Part shown: piece after piece, positions 20,782 through 31,874 of the stretch | How the letters are laid out: every line of letters begins with the position of its first letter | How positions within the stretch are numbered: the first letter of the stretch is position 1 | From: an uncultured Lachnospiraceae bacterium | Lineage (GTDB): Bacteria; Bacillota; Clostridia; Lachnospirales; Lachnospiraceae | DNA: 64,000 nucleotides | Assembly (NCBI GenBank): GCA_910587045.1 | Contig: CAJULG010000008.1 | Coordinates: 6,511 to 70,510 of the forward strand | Reading direction: 5' to 3' | Program-made: the position numbers and the translations under genes | Notes under the pieces: generated by a model | What the model saw: the letters and a program-made list of their open reading frames with translations, nothing else | What the model was told of the DNA's origin: nothing | The model's database searches: none

Positions 20782-20992
20782 CTCCGAGCCATGCAATCTC
20801 GTCTTCGCTTCGGCTCGACAGAGGTGGTGCGCTGATGCGCACGCAGGTCATAAGGAATCCTCCCACTGCGTGGGCCCCTCCTTGTGACAAGAATCACGGG
20901 CTTTCGCCCTATATGAATAAAGCCCAACTTGCTCTTTCGTGTGCAAGTACCCGACGAGCAGTTATGCTTTATTCATGCATGGCTCGGAGCTT
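20782..20992. repeat. ~211-nt module bounded by a perfect 15-bp inverted repeat, containing copy A of the structured element
   Basis: GCTCCGAGCCATGCA (20782-20796) and its exact reverse complement TGCATGGCTCGGAGC (20978-20992). A further CTCGTC/GACGAG pairing lies just inside, plus internal hairpins (GGGCTTT..AAAGCCC, ACTTGC..GCAAGT). Confidence 0.6.
20827..20891 (+). repeat. structured ~65-nt repeat element, copy A
   Basis: GTGCGC-TGAT-GCGCAC hairpin, GCAGG linker, outer stem TCATAAGGA/TCCTTGTGA enclosing ATCCT, the CCCAC-TGC-GTGGG hairpin and CCCC, then a CAAG tail. Related copies at 36593-36656 and 36667-36734. Confidence 0.7.
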
Positions 20993-21006
20993 TCGTGAAA
21001 AAAATA

Positions 21007-21035
21007 CTTGCATTTGGTGGATGGTTGGGGTATAA
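21007..21035 (+). promoter_or_regulatory. sigma-A type promoter of the S10 operon
   Basis: TTGCAT (21007-21012), 17-nt spacer, TATAAT (21030-21035). Confidence 0.65.
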
Positions 21036-21267
21036 TAACCCTTGCTGTGACATTGATAGCGTAGAAGCGTGAGGTTGCTGCACAGATAGTTGCAGGTTTT
21101 CCGTGGAGCGAATGTCAAGTTAGGAAACTGGCGACAAGTCACTGTACGATATGAACCATCTACCGGAGCGTAGAAATGACGTGTGAGTTAAAAGAAGAAA
21201 CACACGGGAATGTGTACAGTCACCACTTGTCGTACTAATTAAGTGCGAAAAGGAGGCGGCTTTTTTT
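21036..21267 (+). promoter_or_regulatory. long structured 5' leader of the S10 operon
   Basis: Hairpin CTGCA-N8-TGCAG plus GTTTT (21078-21100). Long-range pairing CGACAAGT/ACTTGTCG (21132-21139 with 21225-21232) and ACTGTAC/GTACAGT (21141-21147 with 21214-21220). Inner hairpin CGTGTG/CACACG (21180-21206). Confidence 0.4.
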
Positions 21268-21579
21268 ATGGCAAGTCAAGTAATGAGAATTACACTCAAG
21301 GCGTATGATCATCAGTTGATCGATCAGGCTGCAAAGAACATCATCGAAACTGTAAAGAAGACAGGAGCAAAGGTGAGCGGACCGGTACCGATGCCGACAA
21401 AGGTTGAGAAGATCACAATCTTACGGGCAGTACACAAGTACAAGGATTCCAGAGAGCAGTTCGAGCAGAGAACCCACAAGAGACTGATTGATGTAATTCA
21501 GCCTACCCAGAAGACGATCGCTGCATTGCAGAAGATGGATATGTCCGCTGGCGTCTACATCGACGTAAAGATGAAGTAG
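21268..21579 (+). CDS. rpsJ: 30S ribosomal protein S10
   Basis: [20 protein letters not shown]... matches conserved uS10; first gene of the canonical S10 operon. Confidence 0.97.
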   Translation: MASQVMRITLKAYDHQLIDQAAKNIIETVKKTGAKVSGPVPMPTKVEKITILRAVHKYKDSREQFEQRTHKRLIDVIQPTQKTIAALQKMDMSAGVYIDVKMK

Positions 21580-21667
21580 GAAGGCAGTACCAAATAAGTT
21601 GGAGTTCCCAATGAATTTAGTATGATTGCAAATGCAATCCGCTGTAGATTAATTAGGAGGAAAGAAA

Positions 21668-22351
21668 ATGAAGAAAGCAATTTTGGCAACAAAAGTCGGA
21701 ATGACTCAAATCTTCAATGAAGACGGTGTGTTAACACCTGTAACCGTACTTCAGGCTGGACCGTGTGTCGTAACTCAGGTTAAGACGGTAGAGAACGATG
21801 GTTACAGTGCAATTCAGGTAGGCTTCGGTGAGAAGAAGGAGCGGATCGTGAACCGGGATGTGACCGGTAAGAAGGTTATCATCAATCCACATGGCGCAAG
21901 TAAGCCGGAGGCAGGTCATTTCAAGAAGGCAGGCACTACACCAAAGCGGTATGTGAGAGAGTTTCGGTTAGATAACGCAGAAGAATACGAGATTGGAAGC
22001 GAGATCAAGGCAGATATCTTTGCAGAGGGTGATAAGATCGATGCTACTGCAAAGTCAAAGGGTAAAGGATTTGCAGGCGGTATCAAGCGATATGGCATGC
22101 GCTCCGGCCCGAAGACCCATGGTTCCAAGTATCATAACCATGCAGGTTCCAATGGTTCTGCGACTACACCAGGACGTGTGTTCAAGGGTAAGAAGATGCC
22201 GGGACATATGGGTGCAGTTCGGGTAACTGTTCAGAATCTCGAGATCGTTAAGATAGATTTAGACAATAATGTGATTTTGGTAAAGGGTTCTGTTCCAGGC
22301 CCGAAGAAGTCACTGATCATGCTTAAGGAAACAGTAAAAGTCGGTAAATAG
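21668..22351 (+). CDS. rplC: 50S ribosomal protein L3
   Basis: [20 protein letters not shown]... conserved uL3 N-terminus; operon order. Confidence 0.97.
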   Translation: MKKAILATKVGMTQIFNEDGVLTPVTVLQAGPCVVTQVKTVENDGYSAIQVGFGEKKERIVNRDVTGKKVIINPHGASKPEAGHFKKAGTTPKRYVREFRLDNAEEYEIGSEIKADIFAEGDKIDATAKSKGKGFAGGIKRYGMRSGPKTHGSKYHNHAGSNGSATTPGRVFKGKKMPGHMGAVRVTVQNLEIVKIDLDNNVILVKGSVPGPKKSLIMLKETVKVGK

Positions 22352-22374
22352 ACTTGAGGAAGGAGGAGCTTTAG

Positions 22375-22995
22375 ATGGCATCAGTAGCAGTTTATAACAT
22401 CGAAGGAAAAGAAGTAGAGAAATTAGAGCTGAATGATTCCGTATTCGGTGTTGAAATAAATGAACATTTAGTGCATAAGGCTGTTGTTACACAGCTTGCG
22501 AATCGTCGTCAGGGAACGCAGAGTGCAAAAACCCGTTCGGAAGTTTCCGGCGGTGGCAGAAAGCCTTGGAGACAAAAGGGAACTGGTCATGCAAGACAGG
22601 GTTCTACCCGTTCTCCACAGTGGACGGGCGGTGGTGTTGTATTTGCACCAAAGCCGAGAGATTACTCATTGAAGATGAATAAGAGAGAAAAGCAGATTGC
22701 AATGAAGTCTGTATTATCTTCCAAGGTTCAGGATGACAAGCTGGTCGTAGTAGATGAGTTTAAGATGGATGAGATCAAGACCCGGCGTTTTATTGAGATC
22801 ATGAACAATCTGAAAGCACAGAAGGCGTTGGTGGTAACAAAGGATAAGAATCAGAATGTAATCTGTTCTGCAAACAATGTTCCTACCGTTAAGACCGCAA
22901 CAACCAATGAAATTAATGTATATGATATTTTGAAGTATGATACCTTAGTTCTGACTAAGGATGCAGTAGCAGCGATTGAGGAGGTGTACGCATAA
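22375..22995 (+). CDS. rplD: 50S ribosomal protein L4
   Basis: 206 aa with the uL4 motif [20 protein letters not shown]; operon order. Confidence 0.97.
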   Translation: MASVAVYNIEGKEVEKLELNDSVFGVEINEHLVHKAVVTQLANRRQGTQSAKTRSEVSGGGRKPWRQKGTGHARQGSTRSPQWTGGGVVFAPKPRDYSLKMNKREKQIAMKSVLSSKVQDDKLVVVDEFKMDEIKTRRFIEIMNNLKAQKALVVTKDKNQNVICSANNVPTVKTATTNEINVYDILKYDTLVLTKDAVAAIEEVYA

Positions 22996-23294
22996 TGGCA
23001 GATATCAAGTATTATGACGTAATCTTAAAGCCGGTAATAACAGAAAAGAGCATGAATGCAATGGCTGAAAAGAAATACACATTCCTTGTTCATCCGGATG
23101 CAACCAAGTCTCAGGTAAAGGAAGCTGTAGAGAAGATGTTCGAAGGAACCAAGGTTGCAAAGGTCAATACCATGAATTACGATGGAAAGACCAAACGGCG
23201 TGGAATGGTTTATGGAAAGACTGCTAAGACCAAGAAGGCTGTTGTTCAACTGACGGCGGACAGCAAGGACATTGAGATTTTTGAAGGTCTGTAA
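22995..23294 (+). CDS. rplW: 50S ribosomal protein L23
   Basis: 99 aa, [13 protein letters not shown] signature; the start overlaps the rplD stop (TAATG). Confidence 0.97.
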   Translation: MADIKYYDVILKPVITEKSMNAMAEKKYTFLVHPDATKSQVKEAVEKMFEGTKVAKVNTMNYDGKTKRRGMVYGKTAKTKKAVVQLTADSKDIEIFEGL

Positions 23295-23359
23295 GCAGCA
23301 GAACTTATACGCAACGAAAGCGTGATGACAAATAGGTATAGTTGAAAGGAGATATAAAA

Positions 23360-24202
23360 ATGGGAATTAAAACATTTAACCCATATACACCTTCCAGAAG
23401 ACATATGACCAGTTTGGATTTTTCAGAGATCACAAAAACGACTCCGGAAAAGTCGTTAACCGTTTCTTTGAAGAAAAATGCTGGCCGTAACAATCAGGGA
23501 AAGATTACAGTAAGACATCAGGGCGGTGGTTCCAGAAGAAAATACAGAATCATTGACTTTAAGAGAAACAAGGACAGCATTCCGGCAAAGGTTGCTTCCA
23601 TTGAATATGATCCAAACAGAACTGCCAATATTGCATTGCTTAACTATGCTGATGGAGAAAAGGCATATATCATTGCACCGGTGGGACTGAAGGTTGGCGA
23701 TACTGTCATGAATGGTGCAGAAGCCGAAATCAAAGTTGGTAACTGTCTGCCATTGGAAGCAATTCCGGTTGGTACAGAGATTCACAATATAGAGTTATAT
23801 CCGGGTAAAGGCGCACAGCTGGTGCGTGCGGCAGGTAATTCTGCACAGTTAATGGCAAAAGAAGGAAAGTATGCAACACTTCGTCTTCCTTCTGGTGAGA
23901 TGAGAATGGTTCCGATCGTCTGCCGTGCAACGATCGGTCAGGTAGGCAACATTGAACATGACCTTGTAAATATCGGTAAAGCTGGACGTAAGCGCCATAT
24001 GGGTATCCGCCCTACTGTCCGCGGTTCCGTTATGAACCCTAACGACCATCCACATGGTGGTGGTGAAGGTCGGGCTCCGATCGGACGTTCCGGCCCATCT
24101 ACTCCTTGGGGCAAGCCTGCTCTTGGTCTGAAGACCAGAAAGAAGAACAAGCAGTCCAACAAGTTGATCGTAAGAAGAAGAAACGGAAAGAGTATGAAGT
24201 AG
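23360..24202 (+). CDS. rplB: 50S ribosomal protein L2
   Basis: [14 protein letters not shown]... and [11 protein letters not shown] motif; AAAGGAG RBS before the ATG at 23360. Confidence 0.97.
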   Translation: MGIKTFNPYTPSRRHMTSLDFSEITKTTPEKSLTVSLKKNAGRNNQGKITVRHQGGGSRRKYRIIDFKRNKDSIPAKVASIEYDPNRTANIALLNYADGEKAYIIAPVGLKVGDTVMNGAEAEIKVGNCLPLEAIPVGTEIHNIELYPGKGAQLVRAAGNSAQLMAKEGKYATLRLPSGEMRMVPIVCRATIGQVGNIEHDLVNIGKAGRKRHMGIRPTVRGSVMNPNDHPHGGGEGRAPIGRSGPSTPWGKPALGLKTRKKNKQSNKLIVRRRNGKSMK

Positions 24203-24220
24203 TTTAAGGAGGTTAATCGA

Positions 24221-24499
24221 ATGGCACGTTCAGTAAAAAAAGGACCATTTGCAGATGACTATCTGCTCAAGAAGATAGATGCATTAAATGCTGCAAATGA
24301 TAAGCAGGTAATTAAAACTTGGTCTCGTCGTTCTACAATTTTCCCGTCATTTGTGGGGCACACCATTGCTGTATATGATGGAAGAAAGCATGTTCCGGTA
24401 TATGTGACCGAGGATATGGTAGGACACAAGCTCGGTGAGTTCGTGGCAACCCGTACTTACAGAGGGCATGATAAGTCAGAAAAGAAGGGTAAGAGATAA
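24221..24499 (+). CDS. rpsS: 30S ribosomal protein S19
   Basis: [10 protein letters not shown]... conserved uS19. Confidence 0.97.
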   Translation: MARSVKKGPFADDYLLKKIDALNAANDKQVIKTWSRRSTIFPSFVGHTIAVYDGRKHVPVYVTEDMVGHKLGEFVATRTYRGHDKSEKKGKR

Positions 24500-24525
24500 A
24501 AAGAATTTGAAAGGAGGCAACATCC

Positions 24526-24915
24526 ATGGCAAAAGGACATAGATCCCAGATTAAGAGAGAGCGGAATGCAAATAAGGATACCAGACCTTCAGCAAAGGTT
24601 TCTTATGCCAGAGTATCCGTTCAAAAGGCATGTTTCGTTCTTGATGCGATCAGAGGCAAGGATGTACAGACCGCACTGGCAATTTTGGCATATAACCCAA
24701 GATATGCATCAAGTGTGATAGAGAAGCTGTTGAAGTCTGCGATTGCAAATGCAGAAAACAATAACGGTATGAAGATGGAGGACCTTTACATTGCAGAATG
24801 TTATGCAAATAAGGGGCCAACCATGAAGCGGGTTCAGCCTAGAGCACAGGGCAGAGCTTACAGGATCGAGAAGAGAACCAGTCACATCACAATCGTGCTT
24901 GATGAGAAGAAATAG
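24526..24915 (+). CDS. rplV: 50S ribosomal protein L22
   Basis: 129 aa; uL22 features (ARVSVQKACFVLDAIRGK); operon order. Confidence 0.96.
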   Translation: MAKGHRSQIKRERNANKDTRPSAKVSYARVSVQKACFVLDAIRGKDVQTALAILAYNPRYASSVIEKLLKSAIANAENNNGMKMEDLYIAECYANKGPTMKRVQPRAQGRAYRIEKRTSHITIVLDEKK

Positions 24916-24924
24916 GAGGTCATT

Positions 24925-25590
24925 ATGGGACAGAAAGTTAATCCTCATGGTTTGAGAGTCGGCGTCATCAAGGATTGGGATTCCAGATGGTATGCTGACA
25001 CAAAGAATGGTGAATTTGCAAATAATCTTGTTGAAGACCATAAGATTCGGGAATATTTAGGTAAGAGATTGTCAAATGCCAGTGTTTCTAAGATTGAGAT
25101 TGAAAGAACCACAGACAGGGTCAAGGTAATCGTGCAGACAGCGAAGGCCGGTGTTGTAATCGGTAAGGGCGGTGCAGAGATTGACAAGCTGAGAGCAGAG
25201 GTTCAGAAGCTGACCTCTAAGAAGCTGAACATTGAGATTAAGGAAATCAAGAAGCCGGACAGCGACGCACAGCTGGTAGCAGAAAATATCGCACAGCAGT
25301 TGGAGAATCGTATTTCCTTCCGTCGTGCAATGAAGTCCTGCATGTCCAGAACCATGAAGAATGGTGCATTAGGAATCAAGACATCCGTATCCGGACGTCT
25401 CGGTGGTGCTGATATGGCTCGTACTGAGTTCTATAGCGAAGGAACCATCCCGCTTCAGACACTTCGTGCTGACATTGATTATGGTTTCGCAGAGGCTGAC
25501 ACCACTTATGGTAAGGTTGGTGTTAAGACATGGATTTATCATGGTGAAGTACTTCCTGTTAAAGGAGATAAGGAAGGGAGCGAAGAATAA
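24925..25590 (+). CDS. rpsC: 30S ribosomal protein S3
   Basis: [24 protein letters not shown]... conserved uS3 with KH domain. Confidence 0.97.
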   Translation: MGQKVNPHGLRVGVIKDWDSRWYADTKNGEFANNLVEDHKIREYLGKRLSNASVSKIEIERTTDRVKVIVQTAKAGVVIGKGGAEIDKLRAEVQKLTSKKLNIEIKEIKKPDSDAQLVAENIAQQLENRISFRRAMKSCMSRTMKNGALGIKTSVSGRLGGADMARTEFYSEGTIPLQTLRADIDYGFAEADTTYGKVGVKTWIYHGEVLPVKGDKEGSEE

Positions 25591-26027
25591 TGTTAATGCC
25601 TAAGAGAGTAAAGCGTCGTAAGCAGTTCAGAGGTTCTATGTCTGGTAAAGCGATGCGTGGTAATAGAATAACGAACGGTGAATATGGTATCGTGGCAATG
25701 GAGCCGGCCTGGATCAAATCCAATCAGATTGAGGCAGCCCGTATCGCGATGACACGTTATATTAAGCGTACCGGTAAGGTCTGGATTAAGATATTCCCGG
25801 ATAAGCCGGTTACTGCAAAGCCTGCTGAGACCCGTATGGGTTCCGGTAAGGGTTCATTGGAATACTGGGTGGCAGTTGTAAAGCCGGGCAGAGTCATGTT
25901 CGAGATTGCCGGTGTGCCGGAGGAGGTTGCAAAGGAAGCATTACGACTTGCAATGCACAAGCTGCCGGTTAAGTGTAAGATTGTATCAAAGGCGGATTTA
26001 GAAGGAGGTGCTGGCAGTGAAAACTAA
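25590..26027 (+). CDS. rplP: 50S ribosomal protein L16
   Basis: [15 protein letters not shown]... conserved uL16; the start overlaps the rpsC stop. Confidence 0.97.
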   Translation: MLMPKRVKRRKQFRGSMSGKAMRGNRITNGEYGIVAMEPAWIKSNQIEAARIAMTRYIKRTGKVWIKIFPDKPVTAKPAETRMGSGKGSLEYWVAVVKPGRVMFEIAGVPEEVAKEALRLAMHKLPVKCKIVSKADLEGGAGSEN

Positions 26028-26220
26028 GGAATATGTTCAGGATTTAAAGACCAAATCAGTAGAAGAATTAAATACTGAGTTAGTAGCTGCTAAGAAGGAG
26101 CTTTTTAACTTAAGATTCCAGAATGCTACCAATCAGTTGGAGAATACAAGCCGTATTAAAGAAGTACGTCGTAACATCGCCAGGATTCAGTCTGTTATAA
26201 CTGAAAAGGCAAATGCTTAA
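26017..26220 (+). CDS. rpmC: 50S ribosomal protein L29
   Basis: GTG at 26017 lies 8 nt after GGAGG (26004-26008). (M)[21 protein letters not shown]... is typical uL29. The track start at 26008 overlaps the RBS. Confidence 0.93.
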   Translation: MKTKEYVQDLKTKSVEELNTELVAAKKELFNLRFQNATNQLENTSRIKEVRRNIARIQSVITEKANA

Positions 26221-26243
26221 TGATCTGGAAGGAGGAAATTGTT

Positions 26244-26498
26244 GTGGATAGAAATCTGAGAAAAACACGAGTAGGAATCGTTACAAGTGATAAGATGGAT
26301 AAGACAATTGTTGTCTCAATCGTAGATAATGTTAAGCATCCTCTTTATGGAAAAATCGTAAAGAGAACTTATAAGCTGAAGGCGCATGATGAGAATAATG
26401 ATTGTAAGATCGGTGATAGAGTAAGAGTTATGGAAACAAGGCCATTGTCCAAGGATAAGAGATGGAGACTTGTTGAAATCGTAGAGAAAGCGAAGTAA
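26244..26498 (+). CDS. rpsQ: 30S ribosomal protein S17
   Basis: GTG at 26244 lies 8 nt after GGAGG. (M)[20 protein letters not shown] matches the uS17 N-terminus. Confidence 0.93.
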   Translation: MDRNLRKTRVGIVTSDKMDKTIVVSIVDNVKHPLYGKIVKRTYKLKAHDENNDCKIGDRVRVMETRPLSKDKRWRLVEIVEKAK

Positions 26499-26510
26499 GG
26501 AGGCAGAACC

Positions 26511-26879
26511 ATGGTTCAACAGGAAACAAGACTTAAGGTTGCTGATAACACTGGTGCTAAGGAATTGCTTTGCATTCGTGTGTTAGGCGGCTCAACCAGG
26601 AGATATGCAAATATTGGTGATATTATTGTTGCCTCTGTTAAAGATGCAACACCAGGCGGCGTTGTTAAGAAGGGCGACGTTGTAAAAGCAGTTGTTGTTC
26701 GTAGTAAGAAGGGTGCCCGCCGCAAGGATGGTTCCTACATCAAGTTTGATGAAAATGCAGCTGTAATTATCAAGGATGATCTGAATCCAAGAGGAACTCG
26801 TATTTTTGGACCTGTAGCCAGAGAGCTTAGAGATAAGAAGTTCATGAAGATTGTCTCTTTAGCACCAGAAGTACTGTAG
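26511..26879 (+). CDS. rplN: 50S ribosomal protein L14
   Basis: [18 protein letters not shown]... conserved uL14. Confidence 0.97.
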   Translation: MVQQETRLKVADNTGAKELLCIRVLGGSTRRYANIGDIIVASVKDATPGGVVKKGDVVKAVVVRSKKGARRKDGSYIKFDENAAVIIKDDLNPRGTRIFGPVARELRDKKFMKIVSLAPEVL

Positions 26880-26892
26880 GGAGGTGTCGACT

Positions 26893-27210
26893 GTGGCAAC
26901 AATGAAGATTAAAAAGAATGATCAGGTGGTAGTGATCACCGGTAAAGATAAGGGCAAGGAAGGTAAGGTCCTTTCCGTAGATGCGAAGAACCATAAAGTG
27001 CTGGTAGAAGGCGTAAATATGGTATCCAAGCACAGTAAACCAAGCATGCAGAATCAGCAGGGCGGAATTATTCAGAAGGAAGCACCGATTGACATTTCAA
27101 ATGTAGCTTATTTATATAAGGGTAAGCCGGTTCGCGTGGGATTCCAGGGCGAGAAGAAGGATAAGGTTCGTGTGGCTAAAGTTGATGGCAAGCTGGAAGT
27201 AATTGATTAA
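26893..27210 (+). CDS. rplX: 50S ribosomal protein L24
   Basis: [23 protein letters not shown] motif. GTG at 26893 lies 8 nt after GGGAGG. The ATG at 26902 is an alternative start. Confidence 0.92.
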   Translation: MATMKIKKNDQVVVITGKDKGKEGKVLSVDAKNHKVLVEGVNMVSKHSKPSMQNQQGGIIQKEAPIDISNVAYLYKGKPVRVGFQGEKKDKVRVAKVDGKLEVID

Positions 27211-27230
27211 TGGGAAAGGAGGCCGCATAA

Positions 27231-27770
27231 GTGAGTAGACTAAGAGATCAGTACAACGAGACGATCGTTGACGAAATGATGAAGAAATTCGAATACAAGA
27301 ATAAAATGCAGGTGCCAAAGCTGGATAAGATCGTTATCAATATGGGCGTTGGCGAGGCAAAGGATAATGCCAAGCTGTTGGAGGCCGCTGTAAAGGATCT
27401 GGAGATTATCTCCGGTCAGAAGGCAGTCATAACCAAGGCTAAGAAGTCTGTAGCGAACTTCAAGTTAAGAGAAGGCATGTCCATTGGATGTAAGGTGACC
27501 TTAAGAGGAGAAAAGATGTATGAATTTGCAGATCGTCTGATCAACCTTGCATTGCCACGTGTCCGTGACTTCCGTGGTATCAATCCGAATTCCTTTGACG
27601 GAAGAGGCAATTATGCACTTGGCATTAAGGAACAGTTAATTTTCCCGGAAATCGAGTACGATAAGATTGACAAGGTTAGAGGTATGGATGTTATTTTTGT
27701 AACTACCGCTAACACAGATGAAGAAGCTCGCGAGTTATTGACATTATTCGGAATGCCATTTAGTAAGTAA
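27231..27770 (+). CDS. rplE: 50S ribosomal protein L5
   Basis: GTG start after AAGGAGG; 179 aa uL5 ([16 protein letters not shown]). Confidence 0.96.
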   Translation: MSRLRDQYNETIVDEMMKKFEYKNKMQVPKLDKIVINMGVGEAKDNAKLLEAAVKDLEIISGQKAVITKAKKSVANFKLREGMSIGCKVTLRGEKMYEFADRLINLALPRVRDFRGINPNSFDGRGNYALGIKEQLIFPEIEYDKIDKVRGMDVIFVTTANTDEEARELLTLFGMPFSK

Positions 27771-27785
27771 GAAGGAGGAGATTCC

Positions 27786-27971
27786 ATGGCAAAGAAATCT
27801 ATGGTTGTAAAGCAGCAGCGTAAGCAAAAGTTCTCCACAAGAGAATATACCCGTTGCAAAATTTGTGGTCGTCCACATTCAGTTTTAAGAAAATACGGAA
27901 TTTGCAGGATCTGCTTCCGTGAATTAGCATACAAGGGCGAGATTCCTGGTGTTAAGAAATCAAGCTGGTAA
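27786..27971 (+). CDS. rpsN: 30S ribosomal protein S14 type Z (zinc-binding)
   Basis: 61 aa with CxxC...CxxC ([20 protein letters not shown]). Confidence 0.96.
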   Translation: MAKKSMVVKQQRKQKFSTREYTRCKICGRPHSVLRKYGICRICFRELAYKGEIPGVKKSSW

Positions 27972-27994
27972 GATTTGAAAGGAGGCAAACAACA

Positions 27995-28396
27995 ATGGCA
28001 ATGAGTGATCCAATTGCAGATATGCTTACAAGAATCCGTAATGCGAATACTGCTAAACATGATACAGTGGATGTTCCGGCATCCAAAATGAAGATATCCA
28101 TCGCAGAGATCCTTTTGAATGAGGGATATATCAAAGCATTTGATATTGTTGATGATGGAAAGTTCAAGACAATTCATATTACCCTGAAGTATGGTGCTGA
28201 CAAGAATGAGAAGATTATTACAGGACTGAAGAGAATTTCCAAGCCTGGTCTTCGGGTATATGCGAGCAGGGAGGATCTGCCGAAGGTACTTGGCGGTCTG
28301 GGAATTGCAATTATTTCAACCAATAAAGGTGTATTAACAGATAAAGAAGCAAGAAAACAGAACGTAGGCGGCGAAGTTCTCGCTTATGTATGGTAA
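27995..28396 (+). CDS. rpsH: 30S ribosomal protein S8
   Basis: [17 protein letters not shown]... conserved uS8. Confidence 0.97.
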   Translation: MAMSDPIADMLTRIRNANTAKHDTVDVPASKMKISIAEILLNEGYIKAFDIVDDGKFKTIHITLKYGADKNEKIITGLKRISKPGLRVYASREDLPKVLGGLGIAIISTNKGVLTDKEARKQNVGGEVLAYVW

Positions 28397-28420
28397 TGAT
28401 CGATTAGGAGGTAACGGCAT

Positions 28421-28960
28421 ATGTCACGAATCGGAAGAATGCCTATCGCTGTACCGGCAGGTGTGACTGTTGATATTGCAGAAAATAACAAGGTGACAGT
28501 TAAGGGACCAAAGGGAACCTTAGAACGGGTTTTGCCTGCGGAGATGGAAATTAAGCAGGAAGACGGACATCTGGTCGTAACAAGACCAAATGACTTAAAG
28601 AGGATGAAGTCCTTACATGGTTTGACAAGAACCTTACTGAACAACATGGTTGTTGGTGTTACAGATGGTTTTACAAAGGAACTGGAAGTTAACGGTGTAG
28701 GTTACCGGGCATCCAAGCAGGGCAAGAAATTAGTCCTTGCACTCGGTTATTCTCATCCAGTTGAGCTGGAGGATCCGGAAGGATTGGAGTCCACAGTTGA
28801 TGGTAACAAGATTACCGTAAAGGGAATTGATAAAGAAAAGGTTGGCCAATACGCAGCAGAAATCAGAGCAAAGAGGGAGCCTGAGCCATATAAGGGCAAG
28901 GGTATCAAGTATGTTGATGAAGTAATCCGGCGCAAGGTTGGTAAGACTGGTAAGAAATAA
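28421..28960 (+). CDS. rplF: 50S ribosomal protein L6
   Basis: [17 protein letters not shown]... conserved uL6. Confidence 0.97.
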   Translation: MSRIGRMPIAVPAGVTVDIAENNKVTVKGPKGTLERVLPAEMEIKQEDGHLVVTRPNDLKRMKSLHGLTRTLLNNMVVGVTDGFTKELEVNGVGYRASKQGKKLVLALGYSHPVELEDPEGLESTVDGNKITVKGIDKEKVGQYAAEIRAKREPEPYKGKGIKYVDEVIRRKVGKTGKK

Positions 28961-28978
28961 TTAAAGGAGTGAAAAGCA

Positions 28979-29347
28979 ATGATTAGTAAAGCGTCAAGAA
29001 AAGACATTCGTGAAAAGAAGCATGCGAGAATCCGCAACCGTATCAGTGGCACTGCTGAATGTCCACGTTTAGCGGTTTTCAGAAGCAATAATCATATGTA
29101 CGCTCAGATTATTGATGATACAGTTGGAAATACCCTAGCGTCTGCGTCAACACTTGAGAAAGCTGTAAAGGATGCTGTAGATCATACCAATGATGTAGCA
29201 GCGGCAGCCTGTGTTGGCAAGGCTGTAGCTGAAAAGGCATTGGCAAAGGGAATCAAGACTGTCGTATTCGATAGAGGCGGCTATGTATATAAAGGTAAAG
29301 TAAAAGCATTAGCAGATGCAGCCCGTGAAGCTGGTCTCGAATTCTAA
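28979..29347 (+). CDS. rplR: 50S ribosomal protein L18
   Basis: 122 aa; [18 protein letters not shown] signature of uL18. Confidence 0.97.
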   Translation: MISKASRKDIREKKHARIRNRISGTAECPRLAVFRSNNHMYAQIIDDTVGNTLASASTLEKAVKDAVDHTNDVAAAACVGKAVAEKALAKGIKTVVFDRGGYVYKGKVKALADAAREAGLEF

Positions 29348-29365
29348 TAAGGAGGAATACACAAT

Positions 29366-29875
29366 ATGAAGCATACAATCATTGATGCTAGTCAGTTAGA
29401 ATTAGAAGAAAAAATAGTATCAATTAAGCGTGTCACCAAGGTTGTAAAAGGTGGACGTAATATGAGATTTGCAGCACTTGTTGTCGTTGGCGACAAGAAT
29501 GGTCATGTAGGAGCCGGCTTAGGCAAAGCTGCTGAAATTCCGGAAGCAATCCGTAAGGGAAAAGAAGATGCTATGAAGAAGCTGGTCACAGTTGCAATTA
29601 ATGAGGATGGCAGTATTCCGCATGACTGGACAGGTAAGTTTGGCAGTGCATCTGTATTGTTAAAGGCATCACCGGAAGGTACCGGTATCATCGCCGGCGG
29701 TCCGGCCCGTAATGTTCTGGAGCTGGCAGGTTACAAGAATATCCGTACCAAGTCTTTAGGCTCGAACAATAAACAGAACGTAGTGTTAGCTACGATTGAT
29801 GGTCTTTCCAAGATTAAGACTCCTGAGGAAGTAGCCAGACTTCGTGGTAAATCGGTAGAAGAGATCCTGGGCTAA
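29366..29875 (+). CDS. rpsE: 30S ribosomal protein S5
   Basis: 169 aa; [24 protein letters not shown] signature of uS5. Confidence 0.97.
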   Translation: MKHTIIDASQLELEEKIVSIKRVTKVVKGGRNMRFAALVVVGDKNGHVGAGLGKAAEIPEAIRKGKEDAMKKLVTVAINEDGSIPHDWTGKFGSASVLLKASPEGTGIIAGGPARNVLELAGYKNIRTKSLGSNNKQNVVLATIDGLSKIKTPEEVARLRGKSVEEILG

Positions 29876-29889
29876 GGAGGTTATTGGAA

Positions 29890-30072
29890 ATGGCAGATAA
29901 GTTGAAGGTAACATTAGTAAAGTCTACGATTGGAGCAATTCCGAAGCATAGAAGAACAGTGAAGGCATTAGGTCTGAAGAAGCTGAATAAGTCCGTTGAA
30001 CTTCCGAATAATGCTGCAACCTTAGGAATGGTTCGTCAGGTAAGACATTTAGTGAAAGTAGAAGAAATTTAA
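29890..30072 (+). CDS. rpmD: 50S ribosomal protein L30
   Basis: MADKLKVTLVKSTIG...; the ATG at 29890 follows GGAGG by 9 nt. Confidence 0.95.
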   Translation: MADKLKVTLVKSTIGAIPKHRRTVKALGLKKLNKSVELPNNAATLGMVRQVRHLVKVEEI

Positions 30073-30090
30073 GAATAGGAGGTACGCGTA

Positions 30091-30531
30091 ATGAATTTAT
30101 CAAGCTTAAAGCCTGCAGATGGCTCAAAAAAAAGCGATAATTTCAGAAGAGGTCGTGGCCATGGTTCCGGAAATGGCAAGACTGCTGGTAAAGGTCATAA
30201 GGGACAGAAGGCTCGTTCCGGAGCACCAAGACCTGGCTTTGAGGGTGGTCAGATGCCATTATACAGAAGAATACCAAAGAGAGGATTTACCTGCAGAAAC
30301 ACCAAAGAGATCATTGGTGTAAATGTATCTTCTCTTGAGTGCTTTGACAATGGAGCAGAGGTAACCATTGCAACACTGATTGAGCAGGGCATTGTTAAGA
30401 ATCCAAAAGATGGCGTAAAGATACTTGGAAATGGAGAGTTAACCAAAAAGCTCAACGTAAAAGCAAATGCATTCAGCGCTGGCGCTGTTGCTAAGATTGA
30501 AGCAGCTGGTGGAAAAGCCGAGGTGATCTAG
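30091..30531 (+). CDS. rplO: 50S ribosomal protein L15
   Basis: 146 aa; Gly/Lys-rich N-terminus [24 protein letters not shown] typical of uL15. Confidence 0.97.
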   Translation: MNLSSLKPADGSKKSDNFRRGRGHGSGNGKTAGKGHKGQKARSGAPRPGFEGGQMPLYRRIPKRGFTCRNTKEIIGVNVSSLECFDNGAEVTIATLIEQGIVKNPKDGVKILGNGELTKKLNVKANAFSAGAVAKIEAAGGKAEVI

Positions 30532-30532
30532 T

Positions 30533-31864
30533 ATGTTCAAGACATTGGTCAATGCTTTGAAAGTAAAAGACATACGAAATCGTATTTTCTTCACACTGGG
30601 AATTTTGCTGGTATTTCGGATCGGCTGTACAATTACGATTCCCGGTGTTGATGCAGCAACGGTCCGGGCAACACTGGAATCTCTGCTCGGCACGGAGGGA
30701 AATGCCTTACTGGGTATGTTTTCCGGCGGTGCATTAGAGCAGATGTCCATCTTTGCTTTGAACGTAACACCATATATTACATCTTCCATTATTATGCAGT
30801 TACTGACCATTGCCATTCCGGCACTGGAAGAAATGCAGCGGGATGGGGAAGATGGAAGAAAGAAAATGACTGCGATCACCAGATACGTAACCGTATTGCT
30901 TGGAATTATTGAGGCAGCAGGATTATCCATCAGTCTGCAGCAGGCCAATGCATTGGGAGCAAATGCCAACTGGCTGACAGTGGTCACTATGATCATCACT
31001 CTGACAGCGGGCAGTACCCTGGTTATGTGGCTGGGGGAACGGATTACGGAAAAAGGGATCGGTAATGGAATTTCGATTATATTATTGATCAATATCGTTT
31101 CCAGAATGCCGAATGATTTCCAGAACCTGTATACCATGTTCGTGAAATCCCAGTTCAATGACGCAGAGTATGTGAAGGGAATCGGAGCAATCCTTGTGAT
31201 CATAGCAGTTGTGATCCTGACGACGATACTGGTTATCCTGTTGCAGGATGCAAAGCGGAATATTCCGATCCAGTATTCGCAGAAAGTAAGCGGACGTAGA
31301 ACAACTGGAGGACGTGCATCCGAAATGCCGCTGAAGGTAAATACAGCCGGTGTCATTCCGATTATTTTTGCATCGTCTCTCTTGTCCATGCCAACTATGA
31401 TCGTGAACCTGTTTAAGATCAATGTAACAAATCCGGTAGTACAGGAAATTATTTCCAGTCTGTCACAAAATTACTGGTTTACGAAGGGACATCCTTGGGG
31501 ATATGTTGGATTAGCATTGTATATTGCACTGGTACTCATGTTTGCATACTTCTATACATCGATCACCTTTAATCCGATGGAGGTAGCAAATAATCTGAAG
31601 AAGGGCGGCGCTTCCGTTCCGGGTATCCGTCCGGGTAAACCGACACAGGAATATCTGGAAAAGGTATTAAAATACATTATCTTTATCGGAGCAGTCGGAC
31701 TTGTGATCATTGCGATCATACCAATATTCTTCAGTGGTGTATTTGGTGCAAATGTATCCTTCGGTGGAACATCCCTGATCATTATTGTAGGTGTTATCCT
31801 GGAGACGCTTCAGCAACTGGATTCCAAGATGCTGAACCGGAATTATGAAGGATTTTTGAAATAA
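30533..31864 (+). CDS. secY: preprotein translocase subunit SecY
   Basis: 443 aa, 10-TM SecY architecture; canonical position after rplO. Confidence 0.97.
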   Translation: MFKTLVNALKVKDIRNRIFFTLGILLVFRIGCTITIPGVDAATVRATLESLLGTEGNALLGMFSGGALEQMSIFALNVTPYITSSIIMQLLTIAIPALEEMQRDGEDGRKKMTAITRYVTVLLGIIEAAGLSISLQQANALGANANWLTVVTMIITLTAGSTLVMWLGERITEKGIGNGISIILLINIVSRMPNDFQNLYTMFVKSQFNDAEYVKGIGAILVIIAVVILTTILVILLQDAKRNIPIQYSQKVSGRRTTGGRASEMPLKVNTAGVIPIIFASSLLSMPTMIVNLFKINVTNPVVQEIISSLSQNYWFTKGHPWGYVGLALYIALVLMFAYFYTSITFNPMEVANNLKKGGASVPGIRPGKPTQEYLEKVLKYIIFIGAVGLVIIAIIPIFFSGVFGANVSFGGTSLIIIVGVILETLQQLDSKMLNRNYEGFLK

Positions 31865-31874
31865 GAAAAGCATG

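Noticed and set aside
20833-20860. CTGATG in the repeated element as a hammerhead ribozyme core; AGGTCATAAGGAATCC as an SRP RNA helix-8-like sequence
   Set aside because: There is no GAAA/stem II-III arrangement, and TGAT forms a hairpin loop rather than a junction. Three copies, two of them in tandem, are incompatible with an SRP RNA gene, and the GGAA tetraloop context is missing.
30439-31422. 327-aa ORF on the minus strand
   Set aside because: It is entirely antisense to the conserved secY gene, has no RBS and has a low-complexity composition, so it is an artefact of the opposite-strand frame. The same reasoning applies to 27611-28177(-), 4604-5149(-), 45564-46136(-), 32336-32728(-), 35722-36144(-) and the other short antisense or overlapping ORFs in the track.
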